From: Octopus bimaculoides
Lineage: Eukaryota
Length of the DNA stretch: 64,000 bases
Direction of reading: 5' to 3'
Assembly: GCF_001194135.2 (NCBI RefSeq)
Contig: NC_068984.1
Coordinates: 126,843,517-126,907,516 of the forward strand
Positions 63,881-64,000 of this stretch are shown here, one piece after another (the stretch's first letter is position 1; the number at the start of each line of letters is the position of its first letter). The notes below the pieces were generated by a model that saw only the letters and a list, made by a program, of their open reading frames with translations, was not told the DNA's origin and ran no database searches. Both the position numbers and the translations under genes were made by a program.

Positions 63881-64000
63881 TAGTTTATTCACATATTGGT
63901 CTTCACTCTGAACCGGATTTAGGCCATTTCTAACTCTATCCACCAGTTAATGCGACAACTATGTACAGGCAAGCCAGCCAGCTAACCCACAAAACGTTAA

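Larger units (their letters stand above)
43799..64000 (+). other. SLC2A13: Intron following the SLC2A13 exon (at least 20 kb, extends beyond window or into gaps)
   Basis: GTAAGT donor at 43799. No exon encoding the expected (I/L)ASMTVPxYIAE continuation was seen in the readable sequence; it could lie in an N-gap or beyond 64000. Confidence 0.7.

Overview
This is AT-rich, microsatellite-dense eukaryotic scaffold DNA with about 21 N-gaps. It is almost certainly coleoid cephalopod (Octopus-like), an inference from the repeat families and microsatellite load. Only one host coding exon is recognisable: the first coding exon of a proton/myo-inositol cotransporter (SLC2A13/HMIT-like) at 43336-43798 (+). 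It is followed by a GT-donor intron running at least 20 kb to the window end, with no visible exon 2. Most of the rest is layered transposon debris. There are at least five SINE families (labelled A-E here) and decayed LINE fragments of the R4/Dong, CR1, Jockey/L2-group, Tx1/L1, RTE and Penelope types. There is also a Gypsy gag/protease remnant, two ~1.06-1.09 kb solo LTRs with 4-bp TSDs, and DNA-transposon MITEs (two hAT families, pogo/Tigger-like, mariner, piggyBac-like, Helitron-like), many with readable TIRs and TSDs. No wholly new gene system could be supported. The best leads are: a modular SINE whose tail matches a CR1 3' end in the same window and which seeds microsatellites; a probable fossil inversion that splits one Dong element; reciprocally nested hAT copies; an inverted solo-LTR pair carrying NF-Y/USF-type motifs upstream of SLC2A13; degenerate hammerhead-ribozyme motifs; and inverted intronic repeats that could be ADAR substrates. 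All translations and identities were done by eye; no database search was run.
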